From contig DHFX01000006.1 of NCBI GenBank assembly GCA_002402455.1, positions 20,408 to 84,407 of the forward strand: a DNA stretch of 64,000 bases. Reading direction: 5' to 3'. Every line of letters begins with the position of its first letter. Positions within the stretch are counted from its first letter, which is position 1. Both the position numbers and the translations under genes were made by a program. The stretch comes from Candidatus Dojkabacteria bacterium UBA4813 (GTDB lineage: Bacteria; Patescibacteriota; Dojkabacteria; SC72). The notes under the pieces are model-generated. The model did not search any database. It was not told the origin of the DNA and was given only the letters and a program-made list of their open reading frames with translations. Shown one piece after another: positions 40,375-49,357 of the stretch.

Positions 40375-42189
40375 ATGATTGTACAAAAATTCAAGGATAA
40401 AATGTTTGTTTTAAGGAAAACTTTAGGGTTCATATATTCACATTACACCTTTGCGGCAATAGGAAGAGATATCCTGTTTATACTGTCTACGGGTGCGGAA
40501 ATTTATGGAATTACGGTTTTTGGTAGATTTATAGACGAAACAGCGAAGATCCTCTTAAATTGGAATGAGTTTGATCTGAATTCTTACTTAGGGACAGAGT
40601 CCTTCTATTATCTCCTTATGTTACTTCTTCTTTGGGTTGTACTACAGATATGTATACAAGGGAGAGAGTATCTTTATCATGTAATAAACGAGAATGTTTG
40701 GAAAGATTCCCAAAAGGAAATGTTAGCCAAGGTGTCTAGTGCAAACTTAGAGGATGTTGAAAAAGAGGAGTTTCAAGATTATTTAGTGTTTGTTCCCTCA
40801 TATTCTATAGCTAGAATAACCTCTGCATATGATAACTTCTCAACGATATTGAGTAATATAATTAGGTTTGCAAGTGCTTTTGTAATACTATTCGGAACGA
40901 TGGGTTGGACAGCCTTACTGTTATTCCTTTTCGTAATCCCCGAGACAATAGCTGTGCATATGAGGAGAAAAGAACTTAAAGCCTACAGGGATGAAGAGGT
41001 TGGCAGACTGAAGTTTCTTAATTATATCCAGAACTTAGGACTAGGGATTCCTAATTTTGCAGAATTGAGAGTTAATAATATATATTCCTACCTAAGAAGA
41101 AAATACAAAGAAGAATACCAAGAATTTGTACAGGGTTTGTTAAAAAAGTTGTTTGGCTTTTATACGGATAAAATATCTTTTTCAATCGTGGGTCAGTTCA
41201 TGAAATATGGTTATATAATTTATGTTCTGTCCATGGCTGTAGTCAAGAGATTATCTATAGGTACTTTTAAAGCACTTTATGACTATGTAGAAGTTATTTA
41301 TACCAGTACATTTAGAATCATAAACGCACTTTCTTTAATGTCCAACAATCTCGAATATGTAGATGAGTATTTTAAGCTAATTGACTACGAGGGTTTTGGA
41401 GATTACAAACATGGAGATATTAAATTAAAGAATGGAACACCATCCCTGGAATTCAAGAATCTAACCTTTGCATACCCAGATGATCCTGATACAAAGATTT
41501 TAAAGAATTTGAATATTAAGATAGAGCCCGGAGAAAAAGTTGCTTTCTTCGGTGGGGATGGTTCCGGAAAGACAACAACCGTAAAAATCTTAACAGGCCT
41601 ATACAGGGTTAAGGAAGACCAGTATTTGATAGATGGGTATGGGATACAAGATTTAGATAGGACGCAGTTAAAGCAAAAACTTTCGGTTATGTTCCAAGAT
41701 TTCATTCATTACCACTTTAGTCTAATGGAAAATGTTGTTATCTCAGGACAGAGAAAGAATGTAAATAAAGATCTTTATAAAGAGGTAATTGAAATTACTG
41801 GTGTTAAGAAGTTCAAAAAAGAGATTAACCTTGAAGATAAGAGTGTTCTAGGAAAGACATTCCCTTCGGGAAAAGAACTTTCTCCCGGATATTGGCAAAG
41901 ACTTTCCATAGCAAGAACACTTTACAGAAGTAAAAACGTATTTATTATGGATGAGCCATTTACCTTTATAGATGATATGTCTGCAAGAGAGATTCTTAAT
42001 GGGATTTTTGGATTTCTTGGAGAGGACAGATCCATGATCTATATTACTAGAAGCGTAAATCTTTTGAAAAACTTCGACCGTATATATTATTTTAACAAAG
42101 GTAGGGTTGTGGAATCCGGATCTTGGGATGAACTTATGAAAAAGAAAGGTAGGCTTTACTCGGAAATTAAAAACAAAGATGGTAAATAG
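40375..42189 (+). CDS. ABC exporter (fused TMD-NBD) with degenerate NBD
   Basis: N-terminal TMD, GGDGSGKT, MFQD Q-loop, LSPGYWQ, FIMDEP. Confidence 0.88.
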   Translation: MIVQKFKDKMFVLRKTLGFIYSHYTFAAIGRDILFILSTGAEIYGITVFGRFIDETAKILLNWNEFDLNSYLGTESFYYLLMLLLLWVVLQICIQGREYLYHVINENVWKDSQKEMLAKVSSANLEDVEKEEFQDYLVFVPSYSIARITSAYDNFSTILSNIIRFASAFVILFGTMGWTALLLFLFVIPETIAVHMRRKELKAYRDEEVGRLKFLNYIQNLGLGIPNFAELRVNNIYSYLRRKYKEEYQEFVQGLLKKLFGFYTDKISFSIVGQFMKYGYIIYVLSMAVVKRLSIGTFKALYDYVEVIYTSTFRIINALSLMSNNLEYVDEYFKLIDYEGFGDYKHGDIKLKNGTPSLEFKNLTFAYPDDPDTKILKNLNIKIEPGEKVAFFGGDGSGKTTTVKILTGLYRVKEDQYLIDGYGIQDLDRTQLKQKLSVMFQDFIHYHFSLMENVVISGQRKNVNKDLYKEVIEITGVKKFKKEINLEDKSVLGKTFPSGKELSPGYWQRLSIARTLYRSKNVFIMDEPFTFIDDMSAREILNGIFGFLGEDRSMIYITRSVNLLKNFDRIYYFNKGRVVESGSWDELMKKKGRLYSEIKNKDGK

Positions 42190-42245
42190 TTAAAGAAGCC
42201 CAATCTGTAGTTTTCCTTAATATAATGGTAAAATACGAGGCATAA

Positions 42246-43100
42246 ATGAAGATCATAGATGGAAAACGCACATCACAGAAGATACTAGATAATATCTCCT
42301 CAAAGATTGAGAGGGTTGTTTTAGACGGAGAAAAAGTCCCCAGATTGGACCTGATTTTAGTAGGAGATGATTTTGCAAGTGTTAAGTATGTTCAAATTAA
42401 AGAACAAAGGGCAAGAGAGTTAGGAATAGATTGTCAGACACATCACTTGAAGGAGGATTCAACAACTGAGGAAGTTGTAAATCTTGTTAAAACTCTAAAT
42501 GCCTTTAATGAAGTAGACGGTTTTATGGTTCAATTACCTCTACCTAGTCATATAGATACAAACGTTGTTTTGGAAAGTATAGAGCCGAGAAAGGATGTAG
42601 ACGGATTAACCTCAGTTAATTTAGGCAGACTCTTTCAGAATGACCCAAAAGCTATTCCTCCGGCAACTCCTCTTGGGATAATGAAACTCCTAGATGAATA
42701 CAAAATAGATGTATTCGGCAAAAGGGTTGTTATCCTCGGAGCTAGTAACATAGTAGGAGTTCCCCTAAGTGCCATGTTATTAAGAAGAGATGCTACGGTA
42801 ACTATATGTAACTCTAAGACTGCTAATATACAAGAAATTGCAAAGACAGCAGATATTCTAATATCCGCAACAGGAGTTCCTCTTTTAGTTAATTCGGAAT
42901 TTCTTAAAGAAGGGGTTGTTGTTATTGATGTGGGTTCAAACAAGCATCCAAAGACAGGGAAATTAGTAGGAGATGTGGATTGGGAAGATGTACAAGGGAT
43001 TCCTTCGTACATAACACCCGTTCCCGGTGGGGTTGGACCGATGACGGTAGCTTCTTTAATGCTAAACTTAATGAACTGCTATGAACAAAATAAAAGATAA
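42246..43100 (+). CDS. folD: Methylene-THF dehydrogenase/cyclohydrolase
   Basis: QLPLP, KDVDG, PATPLG, TPVPGGVGPMT. Confidence 0.96.
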   Translation: MKIIDGKRTSQKILDNISSKIERVVLDGEKVPRLDLILVGDDFASVKYVQIKEQRARELGIDCQTHHLKEDSTTEEVVNLVKTLNAFNEVDGFMVQLPLPSHIDTNVVLESIEPRKDVDGLTSVNLGRLFQNDPKAIPPATPLGIMKLLDEYKIDVFGKRVVILGASNIVGVPLSAMLLRRDATVTICNSKTANIQEIAKTADILISATGVPLLVNSEFLKEGVVVIDVGSNKHPKTGKLVGDVDWEDVQGIPSYITPVPGGVGPMTVASLMLNLMNCYEQNKR

Positions 43101-44334
43101 AGAGATATTTACATACCTAGAGGAAGAGAAAAAAAGGCAATTGGAAGGTTTAGAGCTAATAGCTTCAGAGAACTATGTGTCTGAGGATGTCCTTGCATGT
43201 ATGGGTTCCATTCTAACAAATAAATATTCCGAGGGTTATGTCGGAAAGAGATATTACAAAGGAAATCAGTATGTAGATGAAATAGAAAAATTAGCAATAG
43301 AAAGGGCTAAAGAACTTTTTAAGGCAGAGCATGTAAATGTACAACCATACTCTGGTTCTCCTGCTAATCTGGCTGTTTACTTTGCATTATTGCAACCAGG
43401 AGATAGGACTTTGGGAATGTCCTTAGATGCAGGTGGTCATTTAACCCATGGATTTAAGGTTTCCATATCCGGTAAATATTACAACTCTGCAAGTTATGGA
43501 GTTGACGACAGTGGTTACATAGATTACGACCAGGTAAGAAAATTAGCGAAAGAGCACAAACCAAAATTAATATGGGCAGGTTTTTCTGCGTATTCAAGAA
43601 TAATAGATTGGTCAGAATTTAGAAAAATAGCAGATGAAGTCGGAGCGTTTCTTGTTGCAGACATAGCCCATGTGGCCGGTCTAATCGCAGCAGGTGATTA
43701 TCCGTCTCCTGTAGGGATAGCAGATGTGGTTACTACAACCACTCATAAGACTCTAAGAGGTCCTAGAGGGGCTATGATTATGTCAAAGGAAGAATTCGGG
43801 GAGAAGATAGATAAAGCGGTCTTCCCAGGCCTTCAGGGAGGTCCTCACAACCATATAACAGCCGCCATAGCAGTTGCTCTAAAAGAAGCATCAACAAAGG
43901 AATTCAAACAGTATTCTAAGCAAGTTATTAAAAACGCAAAGGTTCTATCAGAGGAACTTATGAAAAGAGGTTACAAAATTGTTTCTGGAGGAACAGATAA
44001 CCATCTTTTCTTAGTAGATTTATCTAATTCAAAAGGTTTGAAAGACCTCGGAGGAGAGGAAGCATCTACCTTGTTAGAAGAAGCAAACATTACATTAAAC
44101 AAGAACGCTATCCCCAATGATCCCAGAAAACCATGGAATCCTTCCGGACTTAGAATTGGGACTCCTGCGTTAACGACTAGGGGAATGAAAGAGAAGGAGA
44201 TGTTTAAGGTAGCGGAATATATAGATACTGTATTAAAAAACAGAGATGATAAATCCCTAATTAAGAAAATAAGAAAAGACGTTAAACAGTTTGCCTCTAA
44301 GTTCCCAATTCCAGGGATAAATAGTAGAAATTAA
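43081..44334 (+). CDS. glyA: Serine hydroxymethyltransferase
   Basis: LIASEN, NKYSEG, GGHLTHG, TTTTHKTLRGPRG. Confidence 0.97.
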   Translation: MNKIKDKEIFTYLEEEKKRQLEGLELIASENYVSEDVLACMGSILTNKYSEGYVGKRYYKGNQYVDEIEKLAIERAKELFKAEHVNVQPYSGSPANLAVYFALLQPGDRTLGMSLDAGGHLTHGFKVSISGKYYNSASYGVDDSGYIDYDQVRKLAKEHKPKLIWAGFSAYSRIIDWSEFRKIADEVGAFLVADIAHVAGLIAAGDYPSPVGIADVVTTTTHKTLRGPRGAMIMSKEEFGEKIDKAVFPGLQGGPHNHITAAIAVALKEASTKEFKQYSKQVIKNAKVLSEELMKRGYKIVSGGTDNHLFLVDLSNSKGLKDLGGEEASTLLEEANITLNKNAIPNDPRKPWNPSGLRIGTPALTTRGMKEKEMFKVAEYIDTVLKNRDDKSLIKKIRKDVKQFASKFPIPGINSRN

Positions 44335-44364
44335 ACTTTTAATAATAAACTTTCAATAACAAAA

Positions 44365-45960
44365 ATGAAGTTAAGCTTTAGAAAGGATTTACATATTGCT
44401 ACTTTAAGATCTGAATCTTCTTGGAATAGATTTAGGGTACAGACGTTGCTTCAAGATACAGAGAGAAAACAGCCATCTATTAATGCTTATCTGGGAGCAA
44501 GATATAGTAGGTCTGCGGATTCCATTTTAGATATAGCCTCTGAGATTATGAGGGAGAGTACGGATGCAGCGGAGAAGTTAGAAAAAATATTCGCAGGTTA
44601 TGGTCACAAATCTGTAGGAGATATGGCAGATCTTTTTGTCTGTTTAGAAAATGTACCAATATATCTTGAAACAAAAATGTTTTATTCTTGTCCGGTAATA
44701 TCTGGGCAAGGTAGGTCTACTAGATACCAGAACTTTCAAGATCCTAACTTCGTCAAAATTCCTAATGAGGTTTGTGATAACCACGAAGTTAGTAGAGAGT
44801 ATGAGAGGATAATGCTAAAGCAGATTAAAGATTACAGGGAGATGCTAGGTCCTACTAGAGATGCCCTTAAAAAATACTTTAGGATAAATGAGGAGAGTAG
44901 TCAGGAGGTTTCTGCTCTAAAGGCAAGGGCATTCGATACTACTAGGTATTTTTTACCGTATGGTTTGAGTACAAGTAGTGCTTATTTAATGTCAGCAAGA
45001 AGTTGGTCTGATGCCATCAGCTTTATGTGTGCAAGTGATACTGTGGTAGAAAATGAGGTTGCAAGTATGCTTCTTAATCTTCTAGGTGAATCTAAACTTA
45101 ATGCAAGGGGTTATATCAGAGAAGCAGATGGACTAATTAGGCATACGGATGCAAATTGTTGTAGAAAAAACTCAACAGAAAGAATTATTGAGTATATGAA
45201 AGAAAGTTTCTCTTCAGAGCAAAAGAGGGAGATTCCTGAGAGTGAAAGTTATTCTGTCAAGGTATCTTATTCTCCCGATTGTATGGAGTCTTTGGTCTCC
45301 CATTATGAATATTTAATAAACCCATTGGGTTCTAAAGAGGAGTTTGAATTCTCTGAGGAGGATCAGGAGAGATTTGGGGAAATAATATTTGAATTACATG
45401 ACCATCATAGCCAGCTTGGGAATATTGGTCAGTCTGGAGCAATAAAGATAGAGGGGTTTGCTTCACTTGGAACGCTAAAAGATCTTAATAGGCATAGGAG
45501 TTTTGAGAGGTTTATTCCTTTTCTACATGAGCAAGTGGATATGGATAAAGAGTTAGACAGGAGGAGTGACCAGTGTTTCTATCTTTGTAATTATTTGGAT
45601 ATAGGGTCTCTTTCTAAGGTTAAGAAGGAGTATATAAAGAGATTATCTGATACGTACGACAGGATAAAGGGTTGGAGGGAGATGGCAAAGCAACATCTTT
45701 CCAAAGAGGTGTGCGATGAATTTACAAAGTATTTGTTACCTCATGCGCATGCAACTAAGTATATATTTTACGGATCGTTCGATGATTTACAATATCTGAT
45801 AAACTTAAGAAGTAGAAATGGTGGACATATCTCTTATAGGGTTTTAGTCTACGAATGGTTAAGGAATCTCAACTATATTGATCCTATTTGGAGACCATTA
45901 TTAAGAAAGATTATAGAGCCAAGAATAGATGACAAGCATCAGTTTGTAGATAGGAGTTAA
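44365..45960 (+). CDS. thyX: FAD-dependent thymidylate synthase, tandem (double-length) ThyX type
   Basis: ARYSRS, GYGHKSVGD, STRY, DLNRHR, LRS..GH; 531 aa; flanked by glyA and dcd. Confidence 0.8.
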   Translation: MKLSFRKDLHIATLRSESSWNRFRVQTLLQDTERKQPSINAYLGARYSRSADSILDIASEIMRESTDAAEKLEKIFAGYGHKSVGDMADLFVCLENVPIYLETKMFYSCPVISGQGRSTRYQNFQDPNFVKIPNEVCDNHEVSREYERIMLKQIKDYREMLGPTRDALKKYFRINEESSQEVSALKARAFDTTRYFLPYGLSTSSAYLMSARSWSDAISFMCASDTVVENEVASMLLNLLGESKLNARGYIREADGLIRHTDANCCRKNSTERIIEYMKESFSSEQKREIPESESYSVKVSYSPDCMESLVSHYEYLINPLGSKEEFEFSEEDQERFGEIIFELHDHHSQLGNIGQSGAIKIEGFASLGTLKDLNRHRSFERFIPFLHEQVDMDKELDRRSDQCFYLCNYLDIGSLSKVKKEYIKRLSDTYDRIKGWREMAKQHLSKEVCDEFTKYLLPHAHATKYIFYGSFDDLQYLINLRSRNGGHISYRVLVYEWLRNLNYIDPIWRPLLRKIIEPRIDDKHQFVDRS

Positions 45961-46000
45961 GGTAGAGAATAACAACAAATTAAGTTTTTATGTGTAAGAT

Positions 46001-46564
46001 ATGATTCTTTCGGATAGGACAATAAAAGCCAAATTAAAGAGCAAGGAGATTGTAATAGAGCCTTTTTCGGAAGAGTTTTTACAGCCCGCATCTTATGATT
46101 TGCATCTAGATAAGTTCTTTCTTATTTTTAATAAGGAGAGTGTGGGGATAGTGGATGTTAAAGATAAGCCTAAAAATCTGATGAAGGAGATAGAGGTTGA
46201 TGAAAAGGAGGGTTTTATTATTCATCCAAGTGAATTTGTTTTAGCTAATGTTAAGGAGATTACGGGTGTTGACTCCAAGCATGTTGGTCGTTTAGAAGGA
46301 AAGAGCTCTTTGGGAAGATTGGGACTAATAGTGCACGCCACTGCAGGATTTTTAGACCCCGGTAACAAATTAAGGTTAACTCTTGAATTGGCAAATGTTT
46401 CTCCAATTCCAATAAAAATATATCCTGGAATGAAGATTGCACAGATAGCCTTTGAGACCTTAGACAAAGAGTGTGAGAGGCCATATGGCAGTAAAGATCT
46501 TAATAGTAAGTACCTAGGAGATCTTAGGGTTAAAGGTAGTGAAATATGGAGGAACTTTGAGTAA
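46001..46564 (+). CDS. dcd: dCTP deaminase (possibly bifunctional, dUMP-forming)
   Basis: MILSD, QPASYDL, EGKSSLGRLGL, AGFLDPG, TLEL. Confidence 0.93.
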   Translation: MILSDRTIKAKLKSKEIVIEPFSEEFLQPASYDLHLDKFFLIFNKESVGIVDVKDKPKNLMKEIEVDEKEGFIIHPSEFVLANVKEITGVDSKHVGRLEGKSSLGRLGLIVHATAGFLDPGNKLRLTLELANVSPIPIKIYPGMKIAQIAFETLDKECERPYGSKDLNSKYLGDLRVKGSEIWRNFE

Positions 46565-46587
46565 TTCCTCCACACTTTCCATATTAA

Positions 46588-47730
46588 TTACATTGTTGGA
46601 GGTACGGGAGGGATCTCCTCTGGAGTATTATCTGTATCTTGGTTTTGTTGTGATGTTATTGGTGGCATATGTGGTTGTGGGCGTTCAGGCATGATATTCT
46701 CAGGGGTTTCCTGTTGTGGTGAAACAGAAAATCCTGTAGAGAAAGGAACATTCTGGTTAGGTTGTGGAGCCTGCGGAGTGCTATCTCCCATAGCTGTTGG
46801 AATAGAGGATTCCCTTTGAAGAATTTCCTGCAAATCCTCTTCTTGAGAGGCACTCGAAATTGGGGGGGTATTTTGTTGTGGAGGTGTGTATATGGGTTGT
46901 TCTGGTGTCGGTTGTGTATTTTGACTCATTGGTGTTGGGGGAGTCACTTCTGCTGGTGGTGGTGTGGTCTGTGTCGGTGCACTATTAGGATTATTTACCA
47001 TATCTCTGAGAAATGTTTCACTCTGTTGCTCCGGTTGTATTACGGGAGGAATCTGGTTTTGTTCTGCTTTCTTTACCTTAGGCTGTTTTGGTTCTTTGTC
47101 CTTCCTGAGCAGTAGAACCACTATGCTAATAAGTAAGATTACGGATCCTGCAATTAATATGTATGGTAAGTAGTTAGTTATACTGTCTAGTAAACTTGTT
47201 TTTGTTGTTGTAGTTGGTTGTTCTGTTGTTACAGCTGGAGTCTCCTGTACAGTTGGAGTTTCAGTAGCTGTCGGTTGTGTATCTTCTGTCGTGGATACAG
47301 TATTTGTTTGTTCAAAACTGACGGTTTCTCCCAGAGTAAGGGTACCAAGATCTAAATCGTCGGATTCAACCACTTCAAAAGTTGTAGGGGTATCTCCCGT
47401 GGAGGTAAATGCAATATTAGCCAGTACTCCATTTAGTGCTGTTGCTGAGTCCAATTTACATGTTACCAGTATGGTGTTTACAGTCCCTTGGGATTCGGTA
47501 TAACTTAACTCTGAACAAGCAACATCTCCGTCTGTAACATCCGTTATTTCAACACCGTCTGAATAGCTTATTGGAAGGGTAACACTTTCTAGGGTATCAG
47601 TCTCTGTATCTATCCCAATTGCTACATTCCCAGTTTCACCTTCTCTAAGTGTTATATTTACGGCAGCATATGTTGCGAACGGGAACATAAAGACAATAAA
47701 AGAGACCAAAAGGGAATATATTTTTTTCAT
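46588..47730 (-). CDS. Surface protein: signal peptide, cohesin-like beta domain, Thr-rich stalk, TM, Pro/Gln-rich tail
   Basis: Signal ending TYA-A; beta-rich domain (GVLANIAF); TTEQPTTTT; TM; PPQQ-rich C-terminus. Confidence 0.7.
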   Translation of the reverse strand: MKKIYSLLVSFIVFMFPFATYAAVNITLREGETGNVAIGIDTETDTLESVTLPISYSDGVEITDVTDGDVACSELSYTESQGTVNTILVTCKLDSATALNGVLANIAFTSTGDTPTTFEVVESDDLDLGTLTLGETVSFEQTNTVSTTEDTQPTATETPTVQETPAVTTEQPTTTTKTSLLDSITNYLPYILIAGSVILLISIVVLLLRKDKEPKQPKVKKAEQNQIPPVIQPEQQSETFLRDMVNNPNSAPTQTTPPPAEVTPPTPMSQNTQPTPEQPIYTPPQQNTPPISSASQEEDLQEILQRESSIPTAMGDSTPQAPQPNQNVPFSTGFSVSPQQETPENIMPERPQPHMPPITSQQNQDTDNTPEEIPPVPPTM

Positions 47731-47860
47731 ATTAAAGGCAGTTTATATTATCTATCTTAAGGTTATCATGCAAAGTTTCTAATATCAATAGTGTGTGGTA
47801 AAAGTTTGACTTAATCGTGTTATAAAGATACACTTTACAAGTATATTAAACTGCCTAAAT
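47731..47860. promoter_or_regulatory. Back-to-back sigma70 promoters, each leader ending in AAACTGCC
   Basis: Minus strand: TTGATA(47788-47783)-N17-TAACCT. Plus strand: TTGACT(47806)-N17-TACACT(47829). AAACTGCC lies 6 and 5 nt before the two ATGs. Confidence 0.7.
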
Positions 47861-49093
47861 ATGGAATATTCTAATAATTATAACCAAACAAATCACCCTG
47901 TTGTTAATGACAGTCTTGAGGAGAGTTTAATGGAGGTTAAGGCACTTGAGGTAAAGTTATCCTCTACAAATCTTCCGGAAAAGTTGAGAGAAGAGACAAT
48001 GGTGAGGGTGTCGAGGCTTGGAAGAATGTTTAAATTGGGTGGATATAGTGCAGAATTTGAAACAGTCAGTAAATATATAGACTGGATCACAAGGATTCCT
48101 TGGGGTGTAGTAAGTGAAGACAATTTGGATATCCATAGGGCAAGGGAGGTTATGGATGAAACTCATCATGGAATGGAAACTATTAAGGATTTGATTCTGG
48201 ATTATATTGCAACCATGCAATTACAAAGTGTTGGGGGAGTGGAAAGATTAAGAGGAGACGTTATCCCTTCGCAAGTGCAATATCAGAATAGTATCTCCCA
48301 AGTACCCCATAACAGACCAATTGGGCAAGGAGTTCAAATGGGAGTACTAAAAAGTCATGTGGCTAATGCTCCTGTCTTTCTTTTTCTGGGCTTGCAGGGT
48401 GTAGGAAAGACCTCTATTGCAAGGTCTATAGCTCAGTCTATGGGTAGGAAGTTTTCCCGTATATCTTTAGGGGCTATTGGGGATGTTAGAACACTAAGGG
48501 GAGCACCCCGGTATTCTCCGGATGCTGAACCTGGTCAAATAATTAAGTCTTTGGTTAGGTGCGGAACCATGAATCCGGTGATATTATTGGATGAGATAGA
48601 GAAAGCTAGTGGAAATAAAGGACTTCTTAGTGATATTATGGCTGCACTTCTTGAAATATTAGACCCTGAGCAAAACTCTACATTTGTAGATCACTATATT
48701 GATTATCCGGTAGACCTCTCTAATGTCTTCTTCATATGTACAGCGAATAATTTAGGTGGTCTTTCTGCAGCACTATTGGATCGTGTGGAAGTTATTCGTT
48801 TTACCAGTTACTCTGATCAGGAGAAGGAAGTAATTGGTAAGGAATATATCCTACCCAGAGTTCTTGAAGATCTTAACATATCTCCTGAATATATAAGGAT
48901 AGAGGAGGAGGTGTGGCCGTTGATAATTAGACCTGTTGGGTTTGATGCTGGTATTAGACAGTTAGAAAGGAATATTACAACGATTGTAAGAAGTGCAGCT
49001 AGAATGATTGTTGAAGGGAAGCCACTTCCTATCGTCATAAATAGCTCCAACCTAACCGATTATGTCCTAGCTGATCAGGGACCACTAAGTTAG
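47861..49093 (+). CDS. LonA-type AAA+ ATPase lacking N-domain and protease domain
   Basis: YIDWITRIPW, GLQGVGKT, PGQII, NPVILLDEIEK, ALLEILDPEQN, DLSNVFFICTAN, GIRQLER, then stop. Confidence 0.85.
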   Translation: MEYSNNYNQTNHPVVNDSLEESLMEVKALEVKLSSTNLPEKLREETMVRVSRLGRMFKLGGYSAEFETVSKYIDWITRIPWGVVSEDNLDIHRAREVMDETHHGMETIKDLILDYIATMQLQSVGGVERLRGDVIPSQVQYQNSISQVPHNRPIGQGVQMGVLKSHVANAPVFLFLGLQGVGKTSIARSIAQSMGRKFSRISLGAIGDVRTLRGAPRYSPDAEPGQIIKSLVRCGTMNPVILLDEIEKASGNKGLLSDIMAALLEILDPEQNSTFVDHYIDYPVDLSNVFFICTANNLGGLSAALLDRVEVIRFTSYSDQEKEVIGKEYILPRVLEDLNISPEYIRIEEEVWPLIIRPVGFDAGIRQLERNITTIVRSAARMIVEGKPLPIVINSSNLTDYVLADQGPLS

Positions 49094-49123
49094 TTATTTT
49101 CTAGCAAGTTGATGATGAGAGGA

Positions 49124-49357
49124 TTATATTCCTCTAAATGGATTTGAAAGTCTCAGAGAGTCGGCAGCTTTTCTGACTTTAGAGCTCTCCATCCTTCTAG
49201 GAGTAGTTGATCTGTTTTGTTGCTTCTCTTCCGCTTTTGATAATAGGTAAAGGTCCATTCCTTTCTGGATTGGGTCTATCTTTTGAGGATTAACAGCTTC
49301 TGTTACTAGATAATTAGAGACTTCGACATTGTTATTGTTCGTATTAGAGTTGCTCAT
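49124..49357 (-). CDS. Small hypothetical protein downstream of VirB4
   Basis: ATG 49357 (MSNSNTNNNN) overlaps the VirB4 3' end and fills the intergenic gap. Confidence 0.55.
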   Translation of the reverse strand: MSNSNTNNNNVEVSNYLVTEAVNPQKIDPIQKGMDLYLLSKAEEKQQNRSTTPRRMESSKVRKAADSLRLSNPFRGI

